A DNA stretch of 63,956 nucleotides, the filler included, from NCBI GenBank assembly GCA_964501035.1. It is 16 parts of 16 records of this genome, joined end to end, with 100 filler letters (N's around TTAATTAATTAA, not from the genome) between each part and the next. Parts side by side here need not be neighbours in the genome. Positions count along the whole stretch, not along the records: positions 54,297 to 57,659 come from CAZCRK010000100.1; positions 57,760 to 61,100 come from CAZCRK010000101.1; positions 61,201 to 63,956 come from CAZCRK010000113.1; 13 more parts are not named here. The stretch is one strand, 5' to 3'. Made by a program: the position numbers and the translations under genes. Shown here one piece after another: positions 54,395-63,956 of this stretch. Every line of letters begins with the position of its first letter. Positions within the stretch are counted from its first letter, which is position 1. The notes beneath the pieces are model-generated. The model saw only the letters and a list, made by a program, of their open reading frames with translations. It was not told the origin of the DNA and ran no database searches.

Positions 54395-54772
54395 TTGTTA
54401 GAATTCAGTAAAAAAATAATAATCCAAACTATCATTATTTTTGTAGTTGGAATTTTCCCATACCTCAGTTGGGGTGGTGGTATTGAAAAAGAAATTATCA
54501 TTGCATTTGCTCTTAGTTTACTAAATTGTTTTGTTGGGTATTTTATCGTGCTAAAATCAGTACATCTAAATAATGCTCAATTTAATAAAAATGTGTATGG
54601 TACCATGCTCATTCGATTGATATTTATAGTTGGTGCAACTTTATATCTTATCAATTCTGGAATAGTCAAAATGGTTCCGTTTTTTATTCTATTGATGGTG
54701 TTTTACATTGTCCATCAATGGACAGAAATTACAAGTTGGTTAAAGTTATTACCTTCACGAAAGGCAGAGTAA
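54395..54772 (+). CDS. ATP synthase accessory membrane protein (AtpI-like)
   Basis: Four TM segments, MLIRLIF motif, position before atpB. Confidence 0.7.
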   Translation: MLEFSKKIIIQTIIIFVVGIFPYLSWGGGIEKEIIIAFALSLLNCFVGYFIVLKSVHLNNAQFNKNVYGTMLIRLIFIVGATLYLINSGIVKMVPFFILLMVFYIVHQWTEITSWLKLLPSRKAE

Positions 54773-54809
54773 AATTATTAAGCTACAAAGTTTACTAATA
54801 TTTTTATCC

Positions 54810-55763
54810 ATGATGGTTTGGGGTGTTGCACAATATCATAATGACCACAATCATGATGCACATAAATCACATGGTGATTCTCATTCACATACAGATAATC
54901 AAGCTGCTCATGGTTCGCATGATTCAGATTCGCACGGTGAACATGTAGAACATCACTCAACAGGAGTAGATGGTACCTTAATCATGCATCACATGACGGA
55001 TGACAGGGTGTTTGAAATCTTTAACCCTCTGCATCCAACACATCCAATTGAAATTGCTTTGTATCCCAAGGGTGGTAAACCATTTTTTGGAATTAATAAA
55101 CCTGTCGCAATGATGTGGATTAATGTTCTTGTACTTGTTTTAATGTTCACACTTGGATACAATAAAAAGAAAAAAGTACAATCCGGATTTGGAAATCTAT
55201 TAGAAGTATTGGTTGTTTTTGTTCGAGATGAGGTGGTGTACACGAATATGGGTGAAAAGCAGGGTAAGCGATTTTTACCACTCATTTTAACATTTTTCTT
55301 TTTCATTCTAATCATGAATTTATTGGGACTTATACCAGGTTCTGCGACCCCAACAGCTAATATTAATGTAACTGCTGCATTGGCAATTATTACATTTTTT
55401 ACATATTTGATTTTTGGAAATAAAGATTTTTGGAAGCATATTTTTGCAACACCAGGAGTACCTCTATGGTTATTGCCAATTATGATTCCAGTTGAAATTT
55501 TAGGCTTGTTTACAAAACCGTTTGCGCTTGCAGTTAGATTGTTTGCAAATATGAATGCAGGTCATATTATTATTTTAGCTTTCTTAGGTATTATTATAAA
55601 TATGCAAAGTTATTGGGTAGCGTTAGGCTCAGTACCAATGGCAATTGCAATTAATTTATTAGAAATTTTTGTCGCTTTCTTACAAGCGTATGTATTTTCA
55701 TTGTTATCCACCATATTTATAGGGATGGCAGTGGCAGAGCATGAAGGGCACGAGGCCCATTAA
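54810..55763 (+). CDS. atpB: F0 ATP synthase subunit a with His-rich N-terminal extension
   Basis: NLLGLIP, TANINVT, KPFALAVRLFANMNAGH, LEIFVAFLQAYVF; start may lie further upstream. Confidence 0.95.
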   Translation: MMVWGVAQYHNDHNHDAHKSHGDSHSHTDNQAAHGSHDSDSHGEHVEHHSTGVDGTLIMHHMTDDRVFEIFNPLHPTHPIEIALYPKGGKPFFGINKPVAMMWINVLVLVLMFTLGYNKKKKVQSGFGNLLEVLVVFVRDEVVYTNMGEKQGKRFLPLILTFFFFILIMNLLGLIPGSATPTANINVTAALAIITFFTYLIFGNKDFWKHIFATPGVPLWLLPIMIPVEILGLFTKPFALAVRLFANMNAGHIIILAFLGIIINMQSYWVALGSVPMAIAINLLEIFVAFLQAYVFSLLSTIFIGMAVAEHEGHEAH

Positions 55764-55792
55764 TAATGAACAACGATAAGGAGTATAAGTAA

Positions 55793-56020
55793 ATGGATGC
55801 AACTTTTGCAGCATACTTAGGCGCTGGTATTGGCGCAGGATTAGTAACTATTGGAGCAGGACTTGGAATTGGTAAACTCGCTGCAGCAGCAGCTGACGCA
55901 ACTGGTCGTCAACCTGAAGCAGCCGGTGATATCCGAACAACAGCATTGATTATGTCAGCATTGATTGAAGGTGTGGCACTATTTTCAGCTGTAACTTGCT
56001 TCTTACTACAAGGTAAGTAG
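55793..56020 (+). CDS. atpE: F0 ATP synthase subunit c
   Basis: GAGLGIG, RQPEA loop, ALIEGVALF; lacks the Na+-binding Q...ES/T signature, so H+-coupled. Confidence 0.97.
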   Translation: MDATFAAYLGAGIGAGLVTIGAGLGIGKLAAAAADATGRQPEAAGDIRTTALIMSALIEGVALFSAVTCFLLQGK

Positions 56021-56045
56021 AACACAACACCTTAAGGGGTAATAT

Positions 56046-56531
56046 ATGTTAGATGTACACGGCGGTCTGTTAGCTTGGACAGTCATCACTTTCGTTTTAT
56101 TATTAGTGGTGCTTAAAAAAGTTGCATGGGGACCGATTTTAACAGCTCTTGAAGATAGGGAATCAGAAATCAAATCTGCCCTTGACTCAGCAAAGTTGGC
56201 ACGTGAAGAAGCTGAAAAAGTTTCTCAAGATTATGAAGAGAAAGTTCAAAAAGCTCAACACGAGGCCCAACAAATTGTTGCTGAAGGGAAGGCTGCTGGT
56301 GAACGGATGAAAGCAGATATTGAAGCATCCGCTAAAGCCAAAGCAGATGAAATGATTGTTAAAGCAAAAGAGCAAATTGATGCAGAACGTACTAAAGCAA
56401 TTCAAGATATTCAATCGGTTGTTGTTGATATCTCATTATCAGCAGCATCCAAAATTATTGAAAAAAACTTGGATACGTCAGATAATCGAAAGCTGGTTGA
56501 TGACACGATTGAAGGCATAGGAAAAGCGTAA
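56046..56531 (+). CDS. atpF: F0 ATP synthase subunit b
   Basis: [21 protein letters not shown]...R..EI coiled coil. Confidence 0.95.
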   Translation: MLDVHGGLLAWTVITFVLLLVVLKKVAWGPILTALEDRESEIKSALDSAKLAREEAEKVSQDYEEKVQKAQHEAQQIVAEGKAAGERMKADIEASAKAKADEMIVKAKEQIDAERTKAIQDIQSVVVDISLSAASKIIEKNLDTSDNRKLVDDTIEGIGKA

Positions 56532-57070
56532 TGAAAAATGTTCGCAGTATTAAGCGATATGCCCAAGCGTTATACTCAACAGCAGTAGAAACTAATCAGC
56601 TACATGAACTTAGTAATAGATTAAATTCAATTTTAGTTATACTGAAGCATGTACCAGAGTTTCGTTTATTACTGCTCACCAAACGAATTACAGAGTCTGA
56701 TAAATTGTCAATTATCAATACGGTATTAGCATCTGTAACGACAGAATTTGAAAGAGAATTTCTTACCATCCTCATTGAAAATGGCGATGTAACCTCTTTT
56801 GAAGATATTGTGAAACGGTTTCATTTTGTATGTGATTCTGAATCAGATAAAGTCAAGGTATCTGTAACAACTGCTTCCGCAATTTCTGCAGATGACCTGA
56901 ATTCAATTAAAGAACAAATTGGATCAAAATTAAACAAGGATATTGAAACTGAAACTATTGTTGATTCTAAAATTTTAGGTGGTGCAAAATTTAGAATTGG
57001 AAATACAATTGTGGATGGCTCAGTTTCTACAAAACTTGAAAAACTCAGAAGTTCGTTAACCCGAACTTAA
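56531..57070 (+). CDS. atpH: F1 ATP synthase subunit delta
   Basis: RYAQALY; VDSKILGG...IGNTIVDGSV. Confidence 0.93.
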   Translation: MKNVRSIKRYAQALYSTAVETNQLHELSNRLNSILVILKHVPEFRLLLLTKRITESDKLSIINTVLASVTTEFEREFLTILIENGDVTSFEDIVKRFHFVCDSESDKVKVSVTTASAISADDLNSIKEQIGSKLNKDIETETIVDSKILGGAKFRIGNTIVDGSVSTKLEKLRSSLTRT

Positions 57071-57088
57071 TTGTAAAATGGAGTGTTA

Positions 57089-57659
57089 ATGGAAATTAAA
57101 ACTGACGAAATAGCATCGTTACTGAAACAACAACTAAGTGATTTTAAAGTTGACATTGATGTAGCTGAAGTAGGTGAAGTTACAATGGTGGGTGACGGTG
57201 TTGCTCGTGTACATGGTTTAGAAAATGTAATGTCATCTGAAATGGTTGAGCTTCCAAACGGTGTTTTTGGAATGGCGATGAACCTTGAAGAAGATAATGT
57301 GGGTATTGTGTTGTTTGGTGATAGCCGACTTATTAAAGAAGGTGATATTGTTAAACGTACAGGTCGAGTTCTTGAAATTGGGGTTGGAAAAGAAATGCTC
57401 GGTCGTGTTGTAAATCCACTTGGACAACCTGTCGATGGTAAAGGTGATATTAAAAGTAGCCAAACATTACCAATTGAACGAAAAGCAACAGGTGTGCTTT
57501 CACGTAAACCGGTTACTGAACCTCTGCAAACTGGATTAAAAGCAGTAGATGCTATGATTCCGATAGGTCGTGGTCAGCGTGAGTTAATTATTGGTGATAG
57601 ACAAACTGGTAAAACGGCTATTGCAATTGATACTATTATCAATCAAAAATATACTCATG
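57089..57659 (+). CDS. atpA: F1 ATP synthase subunit alpha (3' truncated)
   Basis: [36 protein letters not shown]. Confidence 0.98.
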
Positions 57660-57761
57660 NNNNNNNNNNNNNNNNNNNNNNNNNNNNNNNNNNNNNNNNN
57701 NNNTTAATTAATTAANNNNNNNNNNNNNNNNNNNNNNNNNNNNNNNNNNNNNNNNNNNNAT

Positions 57762-59681
57762 AACTATTATGAAGAAATAACTTATAGTGGTAAGTCAAGT
57801 AATGACCTTACGGGCTGTACAAGAGCCGCTGGTGCTGTTGCCCACGATGACGGCGCTATAGTCACCCCCATCGGCACAACGTCTACATCTGATAATGCCT
57901 ATGACGCTAACACCCATGATCGGCGGTGGATAGTTACAAACTTAAATGGAATTGTAATTGCTACAAATGGTTATGATTCTCCTCAATTTTGGCCCTTAAA
58001 CTCAAGTGGAGAGCCTGAGTTGACAGTGCCATTTAGAGAGTTGCAGAATTTTCCCGCTGCATCTGCTATTGCTTCAGGCGCTTCAACTGGTCAGGTAAAA
58101 ACAATTAGGTCATTTAGGACTTTTTTGGTAGGTTTAAATTGGTCAAATCCAGAAGACAGAACTGATAATGAACCGAGATTAGTTAAATGGTCTACAGAGG
58201 CTAGTTATTATTCTGTACCGTCAACTTGGGACAAGGATGATGCGACACTAGATGCTGGTGAATATGAATTATCTGATACCCCCGGAGATATTATTGATGG
58301 TTTAGCGTATGGGGATTCATTTTTTATATACAAGGATGACAGTATTTATATTATGAACTATGTAGGAACTCCTTACATATTTTCATTTAAACTTTTGTCT
58401 CCGACAATAGGGCTGTTATCTAAAGACGCTATTGCTGAGTTTGAAAGTGGTCATTTTTTCATGGGTAATTCAGACTTTTACTGGAACAATGGACAAACTG
58501 TTACACCACTATTGCCCGACAAAATGCGTCGGACAGTTTTTGATGAACTAAACGGTGATAATTACAGAAAGTGCTTTGTTGCTGCTGATTATGTTCGTAA
58601 TGAAATGCTTGCTTGTTATCCATCTGGGAGTTCTTCGGTTGTTGATAGAGCATTAATATGGAATTGGAAGAATAGCACTTTTAGCCTAAGAGATTTGCCT
58701 GATGTATCTTATATAAACAATGGTATAGTATCTATCACCACTGGCTCTCAATGGAGTGCAGAGGCAACTCTAAATGATGCCTCTTTTACCTCTACTGTCC
58801 CAGCAAACGGTGGCAACGTAACCGTAGACACTACCGTTGCAACCCCGACCTTCACGTCTACAGGAACAATTATAATTGATGATGAGCAGATAAGTTATAC
58901 CGGGACAACAGGAACAACATTTACTGGTATAACAAGGGGTGCTAATAGCACTACCGCAGCAGCCCATGCTGATGATAGTGTGGTTAATCAATATACAGAT
59001 ACATGGGATTCTCAAAGCGACCCTTGGGGCGCTACTAATTATGATAATGTTATAAAGAATCTTGTTTTTATAAGACCCGGTATTGTTGCAACAATTACTG
59101 GGGCAACGGCTGCTAATCCTGTCGTGGTAACTGCCGCTGGACACGGATTATCAAACGGTGATAGTGTGCTAATAGATCAAGTTGTTGGAATGACGGAATT
59201 AAATGGCAATACCTATACAGTTGCTGGAGCAACTACGAATACAATTGAATTATCTGGTGTAGATGGAACCTCTTATACGGCATATACCTCTGGGGGAGAG
59301 ATTTCACAGCCAAAAATATATAGGGACAACAAGGGTAATAAAGAAGATACCGCTACCATGACATCCTTTATCGAACGAACTGGGCATGATTTGGGCGACC
59401 CATCAGTTGTTAAATTTGTTTCCGCCGTATACCCACAATTGGAAGTTAGTGGGGATAATTCTATTAATATATGGGTTGGTCGTCAAATGTCTACAGAAGA
59501 GGCTATAACATGGGAAGGCCCGATTCTATTTAACCCAAATTCGCAATCAAAAGTATCTTGTCGTGTCTCAGGAAAGTATTTTGGATTAAAGGTAGAGTCT
59601 ACTACAGATATAGATTGGAAATTACATGGGGTTGCATTTGAAGTAGAGCCTAGAGGAAAACGAGGGATTAGGGCTTACTGA
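57762..59681 (+). CDS. Phage tail tubular/stabilization-like protein with inserted FCCH-like and repeat domains (5' truncated)
   Basis: Frame open from 57762; beta-propeller-like body (VKWS, IIDGL, SIYIMNYVG, FSFK); ITGATAANPVVVTAAGHGLSNGD..I..VVGMTELNG; ends RVSGKYFGLKVES...W. Confidence 0.7.
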   Translation, partial: NYYEEITYSGKSSNDLTGCTRAAGAVAHDDGAIVTPIGTTSTSDNAYDANTHDRRWIVTNLNGIVIATNGYDSPQFWPLNSSGEPELTVPFRELQNFPAASAIASGASTGQVKTIRSFRTFLVGLNWSNPEDRTDNEPRLVKWSTEASYYSVPSTWDKDDATLDAGEYELSDTPGDIIDGLAYGDSFFIYKDDSIYIMNYVGTPYIFSFKLLSPTIGLLSKDAIAEFESGHFFMGNSDFYWNNGQTVTPLLPDKMRRTVFDELNGDNYRKCFVAADYVRNEMLACYPSGSSSVVDRALIWNWKNSTFSLRDLPDVSYINNGIVSITTGSQWSAEATLNDASFTSTVPANGGNVTVDTTVATPTFTSTGTIIIDDEQISYTGTTGTTFTGITRGANSTTAAAHADDSVVNQYTDTWDSQSDPWGATNYDNVIKNLVFIRPGIVATITGATAANPVVVTAAGHGLSNGDSVLIDQVVGMTELNGNTYTVAGATTNTIELSGVDGTSYTAYTSGGEISQPKIYRDNKGNKEDTATMTSFIERTGHDLGDPSVVKFVSAVYPQLEVSGDNSINIWVGRQMSTEEAITWEGPILFNPNSQSKVSCRVSGKYFGLKVESTTDIDWKLHGVAFEVEPRGKRGIRAY

Positions 59682-59959
59682 TGGCTTATGGGCCAAAAGA
59701 TGTTAAATCTGTAAATAGATGGTCGCCTAATCCAGCGCCTGTTGCATCTGAACAATTACCTGACTATTTATTTAATGAGTTAAATAGGGTTGGGGATATT
59801 ATATTTAATCTTGATACATTTAGATTAGAACCTACAAATAGAGAGCCTGAAAAATCCCGTGATGGTGATATAAGGTATGCAGATGGAACAAACTGGAATC
59901 CCGGATCAGGTGGTGAAGGTATATATGCCTATTTCAACAACACTTGGAATAAACTATGA
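59681..59959 (+). CDS. Phage small virion-associated protein
   Basis: PEKSRDGDIRYADGTNWNPGSGGEGIYAY...W motif; coupled to the previous ORF. Confidence 0.65.
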   Translation: MAYGPKDVKSVNRWSPNPAPVASEQLPDYLFNELNRVGDIIFNLDTFRLEPTNREPEKSRDGDIRYADGTNWNPGSGGEGIYAYFNNTWNKL

Positions 59960-60375
59960 AGGCTCATTTGCTTCCACCAGAGGATGTTGCTTGTATATGG
60001 GATGATGTTGCTCCAATGTTGGCAAATGTTACACAACATAGCGAAGGAGAGATGGAGCCAGATGACTATCTTGAGCCATTAACCCACGGTGAAATGCAGT
60101 TATGGGTTGTGGTTGATGGTGGTTCACTTCATACCGTAATGGTAACTCAAATTATTCCATACCCACAAAAGAAGGTACTCAGAGTAATTGCAATTGCTGG
60201 TTCAGAATTTAAAGAACTTCATAGTAGGTTTAATGATATGATTGAGTCATTTGCTATACAGTACGGATGCTCATCAATGGAATTATGGGGCCGCAAGGGG
60301 TGGAAAAAACTTTTACCTGATTGGGATGATTCATATATTGTGTTTACAAAAGAACTTACATCGAGGATGCACTAA
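59956..60375 (+). CDS. Phage GNAT-like protein
   Basis: MQLWVV, VTQIIPYP.KKVL, GCSSMELWGRKGWKK; position before the injection protein. Confidence 0.65.
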   Translation: MKAHLLPPEDVACIWDDVAPMLANVTQHSEGEMEPDDYLEPLTHGEMQLWVVVDGGSLHTVMVTQIIPYPQKKVLRVIAIAGSEFKELHSRFNDMIESFAIQYGCSSMELWGRKGWKKLLPDWDDSYIVFTKELTSRMH

Positions 60376-61100
60376 TGGGCGGTGGAAAATACGATTACGC
60401 AAAAAATTACGCAAAGTATAAAGCGGGTCAAGTCAGTGATTCTGATTTTGAGAAATATGTAGATTCTCAGGGTGATCTATCAAATGCTTGGAAACTTGTA
60501 GATGCCTATAATAAAGGCGAAAATTTAGATAGATTTAAGCCTCTTATAGTTCAGAATGGACTTACACCTGCACAGCAAGCAGAATATTGGATAAAGCGTG
60601 GCGCTACATCGAAGGCTGCTTTTGGTCGCTCCCATGCTGCCGAAGACTTTGCCTTGAGTGAGGGAACATATCATGGTGGTACTGATGTAAAACCGTATGA
60701 TAAAAACACAAGATTTGAAGATTGGTTATCGACCAAAGGGCGAGGTGATAACGGTAACGGTAATGGTGATGATGAAACTCCGTGGGGTAATTTTGAAAAC
60801 GTATACCATCCCATGCTTGTTCCTGAATATGATGCGCCTCAAGCACAGGATTTATCCAGTTTTGTGCCAGAAAGTAGTCCGTTTGGAGGAGATCAAGGAC
60901 TTCTTTACCAGCCGTGGACTTCTGACTATCAACAGCAATATGTTCCTGAAAGCCTTTGGAATTACGAGCCACCACAGTTAGATGTTGGGGTTCCAAAATA
61001 TATAGACAATCCATTTGGTAAATTGGAACTTCCCCCTGATTGGGAAGAGTTGCTTAATGGTGATACAGAGAAAAAGAAATCTAGCACACAACAGCAAAAT
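60375..61100 (+). CDS. Putative phage internal virion/DNA-injection protein (3' truncated)
   Basis: Begins MGGG, follows the GNAT-like gene, low-complexity hydrophilic sequence. Confidence 0.5.
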
Positions 61101-61200
61101 NNNNNNNNNNNNNNNNNNNNNNNNNNNNNNNNNNNNNNNNNNNNTTAATTAATTAANNNNNNNNNNNNNNNNNNNNNNNNNNNNNNNNNNNNNNNNNNNN

Positions 61201-61811
61201 CGAGGGTCATTCAAATTCTCAACTAATTTTGAATATGTATCCCGTGAAATTTCACTGATTAAAGTATTGGCATATAAAAATTCAAATCGTCGATAAGAAT
61301 AGGCAGGTATCCACCAGGATGTTGCATCTTCAGCAAAATTAAATTCTGTGAGTTCATCCAGAATTTTAAATTCATTTAGTTCTTTTTGTTCCGGTATTTC
61401 ATATCGAAAACCCAATCCATCATTAAATAATCGAAAACGAATAATCATTTGAATATTATTTGAATTGGATGTTACATGAATGGCTAACTCATTATGATGA
61501 TCTACTATTTGCTTTTGTTCTCCCCATACTTGTGTCCATGTTTTATTTTTACTCGAACGGGTGACATTTTTAATTTGTATATCCTGTGCAATTTCAAATT
61601 GATCTGCTAGGATGCCTAATTGGGATTGATTTATTAATGTGTTGCCATCTTTTTTTAATGAATAAGAAATATTCTCTTGATCACCATGGAGTGTGAATGA
61701 AAGCGACTCATCCGGAGACAGGAGATAATGATTCGTGTTTAAGTTATTATGAACACAAGAGGTAGATACTAGTAGTACTACACAAAATAAAAGATATTGA
61801 AATACTTTCAT
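61201..61811 (-). CDS. Glycoside hydrolase family 97 (SusB-like), N-terminal part; lipoprotein
   Basis: Lipobox STSC; LSPD, TWTQVWGE..I.DHHNEL, FRLFNDGLGFRYE, ELTEF, WWIPA GH97_N motifs. Confidence 0.88.
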
Positions 61812-61851
61812 TACATTCCTATTGATATTAATAATTCTATAAATTGGTAGA

Positions 61852-61889
61852 ATATAAAAAGGGGTTCAACAAAGAACCCCTTTTTATAT
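61852..61889. terminator. Intrinsic (bidirectional) terminator
   Basis: Perfect inverted repeat ATATAAAAAGGGGTTC-AACAAA-GAACCCCTTTTTATAT 15 nt after the CBM gene stop. Confidence 0.88.
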
Positions 61890-61904
61890 GATTAAATGGT
61901 TAGC

Positions 61905-63956
61905 TTATTTGACCAAAGTCATTTTCTTAATTTGCCTGAATTCGTTTCCTGCTTCAAGCTCATAAAAATACAACCCACTAGGAAGCATATTTCCACTCTG
62001 GTCTGCTCCATTCCATTGCATACTATAAGTGCCAGCATTGAGTTGTTCATTCGTTACATTGGCAACTAATTGACCCATAATATTATAGATATTTATCCGA
62101 ACATCTGTTTGCATAGGAATACTGAAAGAAATATTCGTTGTCGGGTTAAATGGGTTTGGATAATTATCCGACAGCGTAAATTTCGTAGGAACAATATCAT
62201 TTACTAGAGATAGTGCAATACATATCCCATCTGGATCCCATTCTTCTACAAGAAGAGGTGGATCTTTTTGCCATACATCATCAGGGAAGCCATAATCACC
62301 CCAACTACAATCATTATCAGCGTTGGAATGCATGTACCGTGCACGGAAACGACCAAAACCAAAGCCACCGCCTTCACTTAAGGTAACTGATTCCGATACA
62401 TCAAGGAATTCCCAATGGTAGATCATATGCCATGGTACGGGCCCAACAAGATCAACGCCTACTGAATAGGACCCATCACCATTGCTGGTTGCTGCAAACT
62501 TATGATTATCATCAATACCCTGTAAGTATTTCAACCATTTATCCTCAAGTCTCAAGTAAACTGAATCTTCAGCAGTATTAAACCCATCTTCAGTCGCTCC
62601 TGTCATATCAACAGTAAACATGACTGAAATTTCCTGACCTTCTGGTACAACAGCGCCAGCAGGAAGATCATAATAACCAGCTAATGGTAATTCCAGTAGA
62701 CCTGTTCCATCATCTTCGCCCAGTACGAATACACGATTTCCTCCACCGAATTGTGGCGAATCTTCCCAGCCCATATCGCCATACATTTCTCCATTATCTT
62801 CTTCCAATAAGCTAATGGATGTCATGCTATGTTGAATATAAAACTTGTATTCATTCTCATTCTCGATATAACCTTCTACCGCTACGGCAAGACTAAATAT
62901 GTTTGTCCCAGGTGTTCGAGTTAATACACAATCTGTTGGATCATCACAGTTCCAGCCATTGAAACCGCCACGAACCTGCATAGTATCACCACGAGCAACA
63001 CTAAATACAGGCATTCCTGTTGCGCCATCTTCATCGAGCCATTCTGTCATGTCCACAGAGAACACAACTGTTTTCGTGATCAGAGAACCTTGATCTGGAA
63101 TAGTCATACTGGTTGATCCACTAACAGATCCATCTTCTTCCACAGTAAATACTTGGTTTGGTAAGCCTATAATATCTAATAACCAAATTCCCCATTCCGA
63201 ACCATCATTTTCAATAGCACCCCATTCATGAGACGCTGGTCCAAGAACACTATCGATAACGGCTGTCCAAACACCATCACCAGATGTCTCATCACCATTT
63301 GTCCCGTCATCGTAAGCCTGTACCAAAGCCCAACCAGAGAATGTACCTTTGAATTCAACATCTTCAAATCCGTTACCTTCATCAACGACAGTAAGAACCA
63401 CATCCGCATAAACATCCGGTGCAGGACAAACTTCACAACTTCCGAAACATACTTCATACGGTCTATCAAAATTTGGAACATCTAATTTACGATTACCACC
63501 AGTCGCACAATCTTCAGGTACAGTTTCCGCACTGTCCCAGTCATTCCCATTAATAAACTTGTATTCAACCGATGTACCCGTAGCAAGCTGGAAGTCAATT
63601 TCATACTTGCCATCGCCATCTGCATCCGTCATTTCACTAGCAGCAGGATCCCAACCTTGCATATTACCAGCGATATGAACACCGTTTGCAGAAACTTCTT
63701 CATTGTTCATATCGACAACAAAAGTAACCACAACGGAATCTGGTGGAGCAGGACATGGATCAGAACTGTCAAAACATACTACAGTAAGTACGGTGTCTTC
63801 GCTAGGGACAACAAGAGAACGATTATTTGCTTCGTCAGCTCCCCAGGCATTTCCATTAACAAATTTATACTCCATTGTTGTTCCAGCAGCTTCAAGGACA
63901 TCATACATCAGTTCATAAACCATATCCCCATCTTCATCTGCCAATTCAGTTATCGA
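61905..63956 (-). CDS. C-terminal part of the secreted multi-CBM starch-binding-like protein with FlgD/Por-type tail
   Basis: Further VxFxVDM...G..GW...EYKF repeats, YDDGTNGD..GDGVW module, NYPNPFNPTT...GLYFY...KMTLVK; 55-nt identity with the contig starting at 32066. Confidence 0.87.
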   Translation of the reverse strand, partial: SITELADEDGDMVYELMYDVLEAAGTTMEYKFVNGNAWGADEANNRSLVVPSEDTVLTVVCFDSSDPCPAPPDSVVVTFVVDMNNEEVSANGVHIAGNMQGWDPAASEMTDADGDGKYEIDFQLATGTSVEYKFINGNDWDSAETVPEDCATGGNRKLDVPNFDRPYEVCFGSCEVCPAPDVYADVVLTVVDEGNGFEDVEFKGTFSGWALVQAYDDGTNGDETSGDGVWTAVIDSVLGPASHEWGAIENDGSEWGIWLLDIIGLPNQVFTVEEDGSVSGSTSMTIPDQGSLITKTVVFSVDMTEWLDEDGATGMPVFSVARGDTMQVRGGFNGWNCDDPTDCVLTRTPGTNIFSLAVAVEGYIENENEYKFYIQHSMTSISLLEEDNGEMYGDMGWEDSPQFGGGNRVFVLGEDDGTGLLELPLAGYYDLPAGAVVPEGQEISVMFTVDMTGATEDGFNTAEDSVYLRLEDKWLKYLQGIDDNHKFAATSNGDGSYSVGVDLVGPVPWHMIYHWEFLDVSESVTLSEGGGFGFGRFRARYMHSNADNDCSWGDYGFPDDVWQKDPPLLVEEWDPDGICIALSLVNDIVPTKFTLSDNYPNPFNPTTNISFSIPMQTDVRINIYNIMGQLVANVTNEQLNAGTYSMQWNGADQSGNMLPSGLYFYELEAGNEFRQIKKMTLVK

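Larger units (their letters stand above)
57760..61100 (+). mobile_element. Phage (podovirus-like) tail/DNA-injection module
   Basis: Four tightly coupled virion-type ORFs and no host genes on the contig. Confidence 0.75.

Noticed and set aside
55793..56020. Na+-coupled or N-type ATPase
   Set aside because: Subunit c lacks the Na+ ligands, and the gene order (I-B-E-F-H-A with delta present) is the standard F-type.
4846..61200. Regularly recurring TTAATTAATTAA palindrome within N runs
   Set aside because: Artificial all-frame-stop contig linker. Gene adjacency across it is meaningless, and ORF tails of X...LIN/N are artefacts.

Overview
This window is not one locus. It is 16 short contigs in decreasing size order (4.8 to 2.8 kb), joined by 15 artificial 100-nt spacers (44 N + TTAATTAATTAA + 44 N), so ORFs ending in X...LIN/N are contig-edge fragments. 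Most contigs are AT-rich and look like an FCB-group marine bacterium, probably Marinimicrobia/SAR406 (inference). They carry large secreted proteins with FlgD/Por-type tails, cohesin-like and dockerin domains, secA, narGH, pilMNOPQ, an F-ATPase operon and a TonB metal-uptake locus. A starch-type locus is split over two contigs that overlap by exactly 55 nt. Three contigs look foreign: a SAR11-like glycosylation contig, one with an IS end plus a GC-rich gene end, and a podovirus-like tail/injection module. Top signal: a run of small unrelated co-oriented genes (50.8-54.2 kb), nearly all followed by a conserved hairpin-plus-tail repeat that also occurs at the edge of a primase/Xis satellite-like element, suggesting a non-integron cassette array. 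Other leads: a CruR-like RAPP arrest-peptide uORF before a His-rich lipoprotein/TonB operon, a four-cohesin-like scaffoldin candidate alongside dockerin enzymes, and a two-gene islet bracketed by tRNA-Met and a decayed copy of its 5' half.
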